IMG/VR virus record: IMGVR_UViG_3300017917_003143
Location: 279,633-343,632 of that record
Length of the DNA: 64,000 nt
Strand: one strand, 5' to 3'
Part shown: piece after piece, positions 27,586 to 37,200 of the stretch
Layout: each line of letters opens with the position of its first letter
Position numbering within the stretch: position 1 is the first letter of the stretch
Notes under the pieces: generated by a model
The model's database searches: none
What the model was told of the DNA's origin: nothing
What the model saw: only the letters and a program-made list of their open reading frames with translations
Program-made: the position numbers and the translations under genes

Positions 27586-28955
27586 TCACCTTCGGGATAA
27601 AGACCTTCGTAACTCTTGAGCCACATGTTATCGGCCCAACGATACTGTATTTCGGTGGTCATGTTTGTGACATATTGTACAGCACTAAGGTTTGTGGCCA
27701 AGAACGATATGTTCCATTTCTCTCCATCGTATTCGATGATGTCATTGGTATTAGCGTGTAATATCTCTCCATTGACTCCAGTCCATGCCGCCGCACCACT
27801 GTTGTAATCTGGTGCTCCTGTGTCTCCTACGAGTAGATATCTTTGACCAGCAACTGCTGCCGGCAATCCTGCACCCGGTCCGTTGCGCTGAGGGTCTACT
27901 ATGGCATTCACTGGCTTTAGTGTGTCTTGTGGTAAGGTATCTTCGTCTACAGTGAACAATAAAAATCTATCATCTGTGGGATGATAGGCCACTGTACCTA
28001 CTATTATAGTATCATCAAAGGGATTGTCAAGTCTGACCTGACTGATACCGGGCTGTAAATCGCCAAACAGATTGACCACCGAGTGCCACATTAGATTGCT
28101 AGGAGGACTGGTATCGGGATTGATCGTACCTTCTCCAGGTACCACCGCAGATGGTTCAAGCACTTGCAATTGATTTCCAATCAGCAAGACCTGATAGTTG
28201 TATGGTGTAAATTTTTGCCTTGTGCCCAATAACAAATTGTTATCAATAATGGCCTCACGAAAATCTCCTTTGGCATCGTACATAGAAGCGATAATTTTTT
28301 GTACCACGCCCAGCTTTTTGACTTTGGCTGGAGGAGAAATCCAGATGGGCAATGTAAATCGTAGGCTGGAAATATCAATGGGATCTTCTGTGCCTACAGG
28401 AATAGTACGCTCAGTCCAAGTGGTAGATTCTAATTCACACACTGAAAGACTAGTCCAGTCGAGGAAGTTATCTGTTGACTGTATTTCTAATGCAGGATTG
28501 AACAGCGTTAAGATCTGTTCCAGTATCTGGAATTTTTGATTGGTGTTTGATGTCCATATATCTAGTTTGATCTTGAGATTGAACGGTACGGGCATCAATC
28601 GTTCTATCGTGAAAGCATTGCCTTGTGTGGTTTCGTAGCTTTGTGTGTCGGTATCCCAATAACGCTGACGCACATTGGTTTTTTCAACAAAGTAAGGTTC
28701 TTGCACACGATCTCGAGCATACTCAAGGTCAGTGATATAAAAAGTCATCAGCGGTGTCGACGGTAAAGTGCTGGCAGAGTTGTTCTGTAGCACTGTCTGT
28801 GCTTGTCGGCTGGCATCACCATAACGGATAGGAACTCTTATAAGTCCCTTGACGCCTTCGTCATTGCGACCGTATTCACATTGGAAGTTAGAAAATATCC
28901 TGGTAAACTGTAACAGAAAACGTCGTATCTGCTCGTCGTAAAAAAATTGTTGCAT
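27567..28955 (-). CDS. gp15: Tail completion / sheath stabiliser (T4 gp15-like) with C-terminal extension
   Basis: FFYDEQIRRF, VPIRYG, PVPFNLKIKLDIWT...FQILEQILTLFNP, FTLPIWISPP motifs. Confidence 0.85.
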   Translation of the reverse strand: MQQFFYDEQIRRFLLQFTRIFSNFQCEYGRNDEGVKGLIRVPIRYGDASRQAQTVLQNNSASTLPSTPLMTFYITDLEYARDRVQEPYFVEKTNVRQRYWDTDTQSYETTQGNAFTIERLMPVPFNLKIKLDIWTSNTNQKFQILEQILTLFNPALEIQSTDNFLDWTSLSVCELESTTWTERTIPVGTEDPIDISSLRFTLPIWISPPAKVKKLGVVQKIIASMYDAKGDFREAIIDNNLLLGTRQKFTPYNYQVLLIGNQLQVLEPSAVVPGEGTINPDTSPPSNLMWHSVVNLFGDLQPGISQVRLDNPFDDTIIVGTVAYHPTDDRFLLFTVDEDTLPQDTLKPVNAIVDPQRNGPGAGLPAAVAGQRYLLVGDTGAPDYNSGAAAWTGVNGEILHANTNDIIEYDGEKWNISFLATNLSAVQYVTNMTTEIQYRWADNMWLKSYEGLYPEGEWSLVL

Positions 28956-30283
28956 TAGTTATCTGCCTGAGGTTTAAGGATGTTACTGAGACCTTGACGC
29001 TGTGGAATAGGTCCTCGATCTGCTGTCTGTGTAGTAGCTGTGTTGTTGACGAAACTGCTACGCAAGGTCTTGTTGTCTGGTCCAGGTGTGAGATTGGTCC
29101 GTACAGCATCTTCAATCTTGAGCCAGGCCTTGCCATTGAACCGGAATAGACGGTTTGGAAAATAGTCTAATCGCAAAGCATAATCTCCATCGCGTGGATT
29201 TGGCGGAAACGATATACCAGGTGTCACTGGTAATCCGTTAGGTGCTATACCATCGCCTGTAAGATATCCAGAAGTATATCCATCTCCTCTAGGCGACACA
29301 TTGGCTTGATCTACATCAATGTTGGTATTGTCCACTGTGACCAAAGTATAGTCTGCAGTTGGTATAGAATTAGGATCTGCTGGTGTACCGTCGATATTGG
29401 TAGGTACGATGTAAAATTTAACAGTATCGTAACCACTTAGTGGCACCTCAAACTCAGCCTGCGCCAATATAGCATCGTTGAGTTCATAATCTTTCTTGCG
29501 TGTACCAATGGATTCCTGTATGGTTTCTGGGGTGTAAACTTCCCATTTGGTAGTATCTGTGATTGGCGTATCAACAGGAACATTTTCTTTGGCTTTGTAA
29601 TAAGTGTTACCATCCAGCACGATACTTCCACGTGGATAGTAATTACCTGGATCCCAGATGTTGTCCTGTGCAAATGGTTTGTTGAGTATGTCATTGTACT
29701 CTTGCGCACCAACCAAAGGTGTGGCCTTGACTCGCCACAAGTGTGGTAGCCAAGTTTGACTGAAACCTTCGCTGGCAAAAGCCGCGTCTTGGATCACATA
29801 GTATCTTGGGAGGGCTTTAGGCAACGCAGAGTTCAGTGGATTGTAATCTCGCAAGTTTGGAAATTCCAGCACATCACCGGCCATGAGCTTGCGACCCAAG
29901 GTATCAATCATGTCGTTGTAGTGGAACGTGATAAACAAGGTGTCGTTGTTTAGGAATAAACCAAACTGTGTAAGGTCAAAATCAATGTCTTGCTGATTGT
30001 ACACACCGCGCATGACATAGACGTTGGGACTGTAAGCACGATCTCTGTTTTCTATCAACAGCAGATCTTCAACAAACAGTGGATTTTCATAACTATACGC
30101 TGGCTGGGTGGCATCTTGTGTTCCGCCAGTCTGTGAGCTTGAGTCGTCACCGTGAGGCTTTGGACCCAGATATTTGTGGACATAGATGTCCAGCCCGCCT
30201 ACTGTGTACATTTCGGCTATGGTACGATCTAAAAACTTATAGTCGTTTTGGCGATTGGGGCGGTATAGTGATAATCTTGGCAT
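28955..30283 (-). CDS. gp14: Neck protein / head closure (T4 gp14-like), extended
   Basis: LTQFGLFL.ND.LFITFH, GRKLMAGDVLEFP, FSQTW.PHLW motifs; coupled to gp15. Confidence 0.75.
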   Translation of the reverse strand: MPRLSLYRPNRQNDYKFLDRTIAEMYTVGGLDIYVHKYLGPKPHGDDSSSQTGGTQDATQPAYSYENPLFVEDLLLIENRDRAYSPNVYVMRGVYNQQDIDFDLTQFGLFLNNDTLFITFHYNDMIDTLGRKLMAGDVLEFPNLRDYNPLNSALPKALPRYYVIQDAAFASEGFSQTWLPHLWRVKATPLVGAQEYNDILNKPFAQDNIWDPGNYYPRGSIVLDGNTYYKAKENVPVDTPITDTTKWEVYTPETIQESIGTRKKDYELNDAILAQAEFEVPLSGYDTVKFYIVPTNIDGTPADPNSIPTADYTLVTVDNTNIDVDQANVSPRGDGYTSGYLTGDGIAPNGLPVTPGISFPPNPRDGDYALRLDYFPNRLFRFNGKAWLKIEDAVRTNLTPGPDNKTLRSSFVNNTATTQTADRGPIPQRQGLSNILKPQADN

Positions 30284-30317
30284 AATTTTTGAGCTCTAAA
30301 ACTATTTATTGCTAATC

Positions 30318-30346
30318 TTGACAACAAACTTGTAAGCAACTATAAT
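30318..30346 (+). promoter_or_regulatory. Sigma70 early promoter
   Basis: TTGACA (30318-30323), 17-nt spacer, TATAAT (30341-30346); ATG 6 nt later. Confidence 0.9.
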
Positions 30347-30352
30347 AAAATC

Positions 30353-30613
30353 ATGAACATGGATCAGAGCTTGGCTCACAGCATTGATGAACTAAGAAAA
30401 CAGATAAGCCAAATCAATGCCAAACAGCGGGCAGATCTGCAGAAAATGTTAAACCACTGTCAACATCTTTGGGCAGAAATGAGCAAAGAGCATGTGCGTT
30501 GTCGCAGGGTTTGGCGTCTGACTCCAAAGTATTTGGATTTGGAACAAGAGCTAAAAGACACCCTTAACACAGCGCAACAGCACGTGATTTTGGCTACACT
30601 CATGGGTGGTTGA
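30353..30613 (+). CDS. Early hypothetical protein (86 aa)
   Basis: ORF directly behind a consensus sigma70 promoter. Confidence 0.7.
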   Translation: MNMDQSLAHSIDELRKQISQINAKQRADLQKMLNHCQHLWAEMSKEHVRCRRVWRLTPKYLDLEQELKDTLNTAQQHVILATLMGG

Positions 30614-30638
30614 CCAGAAATCCAAAAAGTAATATAAT
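30610..30638 (+). promoter_or_regulatory. Sigma70 early promoter
   Basis: TTGACC (30610-30615), 17-nt spacer, TATAAT (30633-30638). Confidence 0.85.
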
Positions 30639-30663
30639 TACACATTAGATCATAGGAGCCTGT

Positions 30664-31809
30664 ATGAAAACTGCTACCAAATTTGTCGCTGTCAAACCAC
30701 TGAACCCTCGCAGTCCAGACACCAAATACACTGGACTTGAACCACAGTGGAAAACCCAACCCACTGAAAATCGTGTCAGTGCGCTGAGCGGTGCTTTTTC
30801 TTGGTACAATTATCACTATGGCAAAAAAGAAGCCAAGGACATGATCGTCCAGTGGCTCGAACATCATGGTCGCAGTAAAGATGCCAAAAAGTTCCGAGGC
30901 GTGCCGGACAGCCAAGTCCGGCTGACTCCTGCTTGGTTAGCTCGCATGAGCTTGGTAGGGCTGGATCTGTCAGAACACGAAATGATCCATCTCGACGACC
31001 AGATCAACAAGATGCTGGCTGTCAAACAAGAAGCCAAAGTTGAAAAAACCACAGAAGAAGTCGCTGTGGCAAAAGTCACCATCCAGGACCGACTGCGTGA
31101 GAAAGTCCAGGAATGCGCCGGAGAGCTCGAAGGCTTGTTTGATGATTTTGTCGCCGATGGCGCTAAGATGTCGGCGAGCTGGAAACCCATCGCTACTATC
31201 CGTGGCATGAACGTTGCTCCGCAAATGGTTGGCAGTATCGCTGAAGTATGGCGTGCCAAGCTGGCTGAGTTTGAAGAAGTGCTGGAAGGAAAAGATGCAC
31301 AGTTGGTCGAAGGCTATTCAAACTTCAGTAAAATCCAGATTAAAAACTTGGTAAAATTTGCTGAACAAGTGATCAACGATTGCGGTGCTTATGTCCAGAT
31401 CAAGAAAGTGGAACGCAAGCCACGTGCCAAGAAGGCTGTGAGCCCAGAAAAACAATCAAGCAAATTCAAGTTCCTCAAGGAATTTCCTGAGCTTAAACTG
31501 GTCAGCGAAACACCGGCAAAACTCGTGGGTGCCAGCGAAGCATGGTTGTATGATACCAAGAAACGCAAGCTGATCCACGTCGTGGCAGATCAACACTTGG
31601 GTACATTCAGCGTCAAAGGCTCGAGCATCGTGGGCTTTGACACAGGCGGTAGCAATCAAAAAACCCTGCGCAAGCCCGCAGAACAGCTCAAAGGCTTGCT
31701 GTCCGGTGGAAAACCGGCGGCCCGCAAGTATTTCAAGGATATCAAATCCACAGAAGTCAAGTTCAATGGGCGTGGCAATGAGAACTTGATCATCCTCAAA
31801 GCCTACTAA
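30664..31809 (+). CDS. Early hypothetical protein, Lys-rich C-terminus
   Basis: 381 aa; AGGAG SD; function not recognised. Confidence 0.75.
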   Translation: MKTATKFVAVKPLNPRSPDTKYTGLEPQWKTQPTENRVSALSGAFSWYNYHYGKKEAKDMIVQWLEHHGRSKDAKKFRGVPDSQVRLTPAWLARMSLVGLDLSEHEMIHLDDQINKMLAVKQEAKVEKTTEEVAVAKVTIQDRLREKVQECAGELEGLFDDFVADGAKMSASWKPIATIRGMNVAPQMVGSIAEVWRAKLAEFEEVLEGKDAQLVEGYSNFSKIQIKNLVKFAEQVINDCGAYVQIKKVERKPRAKKAVSPEKQSSKFKFLKEFPELKLVSETPAKLVGASEAWLYDTKKRKLIHVVADQHLGTFSVKGSSIVGFDTGGSNQKTLRKPAEQLKGLLSGGKPAARKYFKDIKSTEVKFNGRGNENLIILKAY

Positions 31810-31833
31810 ATACTGGGGCATAGGAGTGCCCCA
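31807..31833 (+). promoter_or_regulatory. Late motif plus hairpin over gp13 ribosome-binding site
   Basis: TAAATA 31807-31812; stem TGGGGCA (31814-31820) / TGCCCCA (31827-31833) with loop TAGGAG. Confidence 0.65.
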
Positions 31834-32603
31834 TGGCTGAAGCTAACGCATCAACATTAGAAATTTTAAAACAAAACCTCATCGAGTATGTTCGCTTGAC
31901 CTTGGGCGATCAGATCGTTGATCTCGAGCTGGACCCAGCACATTACGAAGCCGCATATCAGCGCACCATTGGCGTGTATCGCCAACGTGCCGAAAATGCC
32001 TATGAGGAAAGTTATATTTTCTTAGAAATGGTGCAAGACGTCAACGTTTATACTCTACCTCAAGAAGTACAGAGTGTGCGTCAACTGTTCCGTAGAACCA
32101 TTGGCAACATGCAAGGACCTTACTCTACCAGTTTTGATCCTTTCTCTAGTGCCACGCTAAACACTTATCTGTTAAACTACAGCAGTGCTGGTGGTCTGGC
32201 AACATATGATTTTTATACCCAGTATGTTGAACTTGCGGCTCGCATGTTTGGTGGATTCGTTAACTACACTTGGAATCCTGTGACCAAGCAACTACAGATA
32301 ATGCGCGATCCCAAAGGTTCAGGCGAAACTATCCTGGTTTGGTGCTACAACTTGAAACCAGAAATTACCTTGCTGAGTGATTTCCAAATTCAGCAATGGG
32401 TGCGAGATTACATGGTAGCCGCTTGTAAAATGATCATAGGTGAAGCACGTGAAAAATTTGCCCAGATCGCCGGACCACAAGGCGGAACCAGCCTAAACGG
32501 TGCTGCCTTGAAGCAAGAAGCACAAGCCCAGATGGACATGAAGATTGAAGAACTCAAACTTTATGTAGACGGTAGCCAGCCACTTACCTTTGTTATTGGC
32601 TAA
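31833..32603 (+). CDS. gp13: Neck protein / head-tail adaptor (T4 gp13-like)
   Basis: YVRLTLG..IVDLELD, QWVRDY.VA.CKMIIGEAREKF...AGPQGG.SLNG motifs. Confidence 0.85.
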   Translation: MAEANASTLEILKQNLIEYVRLTLGDQIVDLELDPAHYEAAYQRTIGVYRQRAENAYEESYIFLEMVQDVNVYTLPQEVQSVRQLFRRTIGNMQGPYSTSFDPFSSATLNTYLLNYSSAGGLATYDFYTQYVELAARMFGGFVNYTWNPVTKQLQIMRDPKGSGETILVWCYNLKPEITLLSDFQIQQWVRDYMVAACKMIIGEAREKFAQIAGPQGGTSLNGAALKQEAQAQMDMKIEELKLYVDGSQPLTFVIG

Positions 32604-32631
32604 ACTTTCTCTTTTAATATAAAGAATATCA

Positions 32632-32640
32632 TGCTATAAT
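32632..32640 (+). promoter_or_regulatory. Extended -10 sigma70 promoter
   Basis: TGcTATAAT, 6 nt before ATG 32647; no convincing -35. Confidence 0.55.
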
Positions 32641-32646
32641 GTCCTT

Positions 32647-33174
32647 ATGGACATCATGATTGACATCGAAACCTGCGGTACAGGACCCGAAGCCTGTATC
32701 TTGACCATTGCCGCCCAGTGTTTCGATCCCTTGCGGCGCACTGAGCTCGAGCAAGAGCGTCAATACTATGCCCGTGTAGATCCCGGCAGTCAACCCGACC
32801 GACGTGTTGAACAAATGACCATAGACTGGTGGGCCACCCAACCCAAAGAAGCACAAGAAGAAGCCTTTGGGGAAGAAGGTCGTGTACCACTCAAACAAGC
32901 ATTAGAAGAACTGGGTCGGATGATCTGGCAGAGCAAACGCTTTTGGGCCAACGGTCCGACCTTTGATGCCAACATTTTAGAGCATGCTTACAAGAGCTAC
33001 AACATGCCCTTGCCTTGGCAATTTTACAATGTGCGCGATGCCCGCACCGTCTACAGTCTTTGTCCAGGACTAAACAAATACCCTGCCAGCCATCATGCGC
33101 TGGAAGACTGCCGCAGGCAGATTTACCTGCTGTGGGATACTCTTGAATTTTTAAAAATAAAGGAACTTGTATGA
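32647..33174 (+). CDS. DEDDh 3'-5' exonuclease (DexA/RNase AS-like)
   Basis: MIDIET, WANGPTFD..IL, RDART, HHALED motifs. Confidence 0.85.
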   Translation: MDIMIDIETCGTGPEACILTIAAQCFDPLRRTELEQERQYYARVDPGSQPDRRVEQMTIDWWATQPKEAQEEAFGEEGRVPLKQALEELGRMIWQSKRFWANGPTFDANILEHAYKSYNMPLPWQFYNVRDARTVYSLCPGLNKYPASHHALEDCRRQIYLLWDTLEFLKIKELV

Positions 33175-33830
33175 TCATTGGAGTTTGTGGATTCATTGGA
33201 TCTGGTAAAGATACCATCGCTGATTACCTTGTGAATATACACGAATTTCGTAGAGAAAGTTTTGCAGGCACCCTCAAAGATGCTTGCGCGGCTGTGTTTG
33301 GCTGGGATCGTACCATGCTGGAAGGGCGTACCAAGCAAAGCCGAGAGTGGCGTGATCAGATCGACGAGTGGTGGAGCAAGCGTTTGGGCCTAGCAGTGAC
33401 GCCTCGTTGGATACTACAGCAGTGGGGCACAGAAGTGTGCCGCAGAGGCTTCCATGATGACATTTGGATTGCCAGCTTGGAAAACAAACTACGGACATCA
33501 AAAGACAGCGTAGTGATCAGCGACTGTAGATTCCCTAATGAGATCAAAGCCATTAGAAATCAAGGGGGCATTGTAATACGAGTGGTGCGAGGACCTGAGC
33601 CTGCGTGGTATGATGATGCTGTGTCTATGAATGCTGGACCCACAAACATGCGTTGGTCAATAGCTAAGATGCATATGGAAAAGCTCAATATCCATGCCAG
33701 CGAAACTGCTTGGGTGGGCACTGAGTTTGATGCGGTAATTGACAACAATGGAACTATGGATCAGCTATATCAGCAGATCAACGATCTTCTTCAAGATCTC
33801 CGCGCTTCCAAGGCAAGTCCGCTCGAGTGA
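33171..33830 (+). CDS. Deoxynucleoside monophosphate kinase (T4 gp1-like)
   Basis: GVCGFIGSGKDT P-loop, PR.ILQ.WGTEVCR, VVISDCRFPNE, H.SE. Confidence 0.92.
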   Translation: MIIGVCGFIGSGKDTIADYLVNIHEFRRESFAGTLKDACAAVFGWDRTMLEGRTKQSREWRDQIDEWWSKRLGLAVTPRWILQQWGTEVCRRGFHDDIWIASLENKLRTSKDSVVISDCRFPNEIKAIRNQGGIVIRVVRGPEPAWYDDAVSMNAGPTNMRWSIAKMHMEKLNIHASETAWVGTEFDAVIDNNGTMDQLYQQINDLLQDLRASKASPLE

Positions 33831-34125
33831 TTTCGATACTGCAATTTAAACAAATACTCTTGAGATTGCGTAGTTCTGAATTGTTAAGATTGCCATCGAC
33901 ATGATACACTAAAATTTGTGCGGTGCTTTTAGCTCTAAACCCACATCGATCACAAGTCATTTTCTTTTTATAACCAGCACTCTGCCAACGCGGTGTCGCT
34001 GGTTTTTGTTTGCGGCCTTTGCGTATGCAGGCATCACACCTACTGCGATAGTAAATTTTATCATCTCGATAGCAGTTGATTGCCGACGGATTGCGGTTAC
34101 AGGCTTTGCATATGGGTCTTGACAT
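33778..34125 (-). CDS. Zn-ribbon / HNH-like endonuclease
   Basis: CKAC..., CDRCGF...YHVDGNLNN...NL..ICLNC; minus-strand TAAATA 5 nt before ATG. Confidence 0.7.
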   Translation of the reverse strand: MSRPICKACNRNPSAINCYRDDKIYYRSRCDACIRKGRKQKPATPRWQSAGYKKKMTCDRCGFRAKSTAQILVYHVDGNLNNSELRNLKSICLNCSIEITRADLPWKRGDLEEDR

Positions 34126-34227
34126 GCACTTATTTAAGACAAAACCTTACGTAAGGGCAAGGATAGACGGCGGTTTTGGTGCCTGCCGCTAAATATGAAT
34201 AGCACTTTTTATTAAAGGAACAGACAC

Positions 34228-37200
34228 ATGGCACTAGTTTCCCCAGGCGTAGAAGTTACAATCATTGACGAAAGTAACTACTTACCAGCCCCAACTAATT
34301 CAGTACCGTTTATCTTGATCGCGACAGCGCAGAACAAGATCAGCGGTAGCGGTGTAGGCGTAGCAGCCGGCACTACAGCGGCCAACGCTAACAGAGTTTA
34401 TTTAATCTCTTCACAGAGAGATTTGGTCAATACGTTTGGTAACCCATTCTTCTACAAGACCACAGCAGGTACACCAATCAATGGTTACGAGCTCAACGAA
34501 TATGGCTTGCTTGCCGCTTACTCAGTCTTGGGTATCAGCAATCGCGCTTACATTCAACGTGCCGACATTGACTTGAGTGAACTCACAGCTACTTTAACCC
34601 GTCCTACAGGCGAACCAAACAATGGTACTTACTGGTTAGATACTAGTTCTACTGCCTGGGGTATTTTTGAGTGGAGTTATACCACTTCAGCGTTCACACT
34701 CAAGACACCTATCGTCATCACTGACGAAAACGACCTTGATGGTGGGTTCCCGAAAGATTCTATCGGTAACATTGGTGACTATTGCGTCAATGCCTTGAAC
34801 ATCAACAACTATGGATATTTCAAGTCTCCAGGTTTGACAGTGACAGACTCTGGCGGTTCAGTTGAAATCGTTCCAGCCAATACTTGGGTATTGATTGGTA
34901 GCGACGACTGGAAAAATTCATGGCCTACAGTGATTGCCAACAACGCCAGCCCAGCATTGACCATTGGTCAATCAATCTTGCTCAATGGCAACATAGTCAC
35001 AGCCACAGGAACCACAGTCACACAATTTGCGATAGATATCAATGATGCAGGTATTCCTGGTGTGTATGCCAATGTAGTTGGTAACAAACTACAGATCTAT
35101 GTTGACGGTAACGGTACCAATGATTTGTCTACTGACGACGGCAACGGTATCCTTAGCATTGAAAACAACAGCGGTACTTTGTTGACTGCTCTAGGTATTA
35201 CAGCTACAGTTTACTATGCTCCTACCTTACAACAGAGTCCAAACTACACTGTTCCACAGTGGAGATCGACTAGTGCCGAACCACATCCAACTGGTTCTGT
35301 ATGGAATAAGATCAATAACGTAAACCAAGGTGCAGATCTTGTTGTTAAAAAGTACGACAGCACAGTAGGATTGTTTGTACAACAAAATTGCCCACTTTAT
35401 GCCAACGATCAAAGCGCAAACAAGGCTTTAGATCCAGCTGGTGGTGGTAGAAACATCACTGTTGGTACTACCTACGCTCAATACAATGTTGAAGTTCTTG
35501 ATGCACTAACTGGTGCCGCGACTTTCACAATGAAACTGTTTGAACGTGCAGCCACAGGCAACACTATCATCACAGGTAACACTACAACTCCTGTGTTTGT
35601 AAACGGTAATACTTTTGAAATATCTTGGAGCACTAAAAACAGCGATGTTTTAAGTGGACCAGTCACAGCTACCTTGGCTGGAACTGATGCCACAGCATTT
35701 GTCACAGCATTCTTGGCAGCAATTCCAAGTGGTGCACCTGTCACAGCTGGCGTAACATCAGACGGTGCAGTACAGATACAGCACACACAAGGCGGTGATG
35801 TGATTCTCAAAGATATCACAGGAACTCCAGTGGATGATGCCGGTATCACTACTTCGGTTGCAGGAGTACGTGCTGGCAAAGACAATGATTTGATCCTCAG
35901 CAACTGGGTCACATTGTTCCCAGATTATTTCCCACAAGGTGTAGCCCCTGATCAAGATCCAACTGATGGACGTCTATGGTACTACTCAGCCACAGATCAA
36001 GTTGACATCATGATCCAGAACAACGGTCAATGGGTTGGCTATCAGACAGTGAACTCAGATGTTCGTGGATTTGATCTAATGGCCACAGACCCTAATGGTC
36101 CAATTATTTCTGTGACTGCCCCAACTATAAACAGTGAGGGTAATCCTTTGGTTTATGGCGACCTGTGGATTGATACTTCTGATCTTGAAGCATATCCCAT
36201 CATCAAACGCTATCAATCAGTTGACGGACAAGACCAATGGGTATTGATTGACAACACCGATCAAACCACTGAAAATGGTGTGTTGTTTGCTGATTTCCGT
36301 TGGGCACCCAATGGATCAACAAATCCAATCACAGATCCAATTCCAACAATCAAGAGCTTGCTAAATTCAAGTTACCTTGATCCAGATGCTCCAACTTCTA
36401 CCTTGTATCCTGAAGGCATGTTAGGTTTCAACCTACGCCGTTCCGGATTCAATGTCAAGAGCTTCCAAGTTGATTACTTCAACACACGTGATTTCCCTGA
36501 CATGGATCCAATGGTTGTAACACAGACCAATGCTTGGGTCACAGCCAGCGGATTGCAAGACAACGGTGCTCCATACATGGGCCGTAAAGCAGTGCGCAAT
36601 CTTGTTGTACAGGCAATGAAGGCAAGTATTGATGGTAATCAAGATCTGCGCGAAGAACAACGCCAGTTCAACTTGATTGCTACACCTAACTATCCTGAGT
36701 TGATTCCTAACATGATAGCACTCAACAACGAGCGTAGCCAAACAGCATTCGTGGTTGGTGACACACCAATGCGCTTGCCTGACACAGCTGACGCGATCAC
36801 TGCTTGGGCAACCAATGCCAATGGTGTTGGACTCGATAGCGAAGATGGTTTGGTTACATCCGATCCGTACTTGGGCACATTCTACCCAAGCTGTGAAACC
36901 ACAGACTTGACAGGTTCCACAGTGGTACAACCACCGAGCCACATGATGTTGCGTACTATCCTGCGCAGTGACGAAGTGAGCTTCCCTTGGTTGGCACCAG
37001 CTGGTACACGTCGTGGTATCGTTGACAACGCATTTGCGTTGGGTTATGTAAATGCACAGACAGGACAGTTTGTTTCAACAGCTATCCGTCAAAGCATACG
37101 TGACACCTTGTATGAAAACAAGATCAATCCGATCACATTCATTCCAGGTGCTGGCATTACTAACTACGGTAACAAGACTGAAGCCGCTACACCAAGCGCA

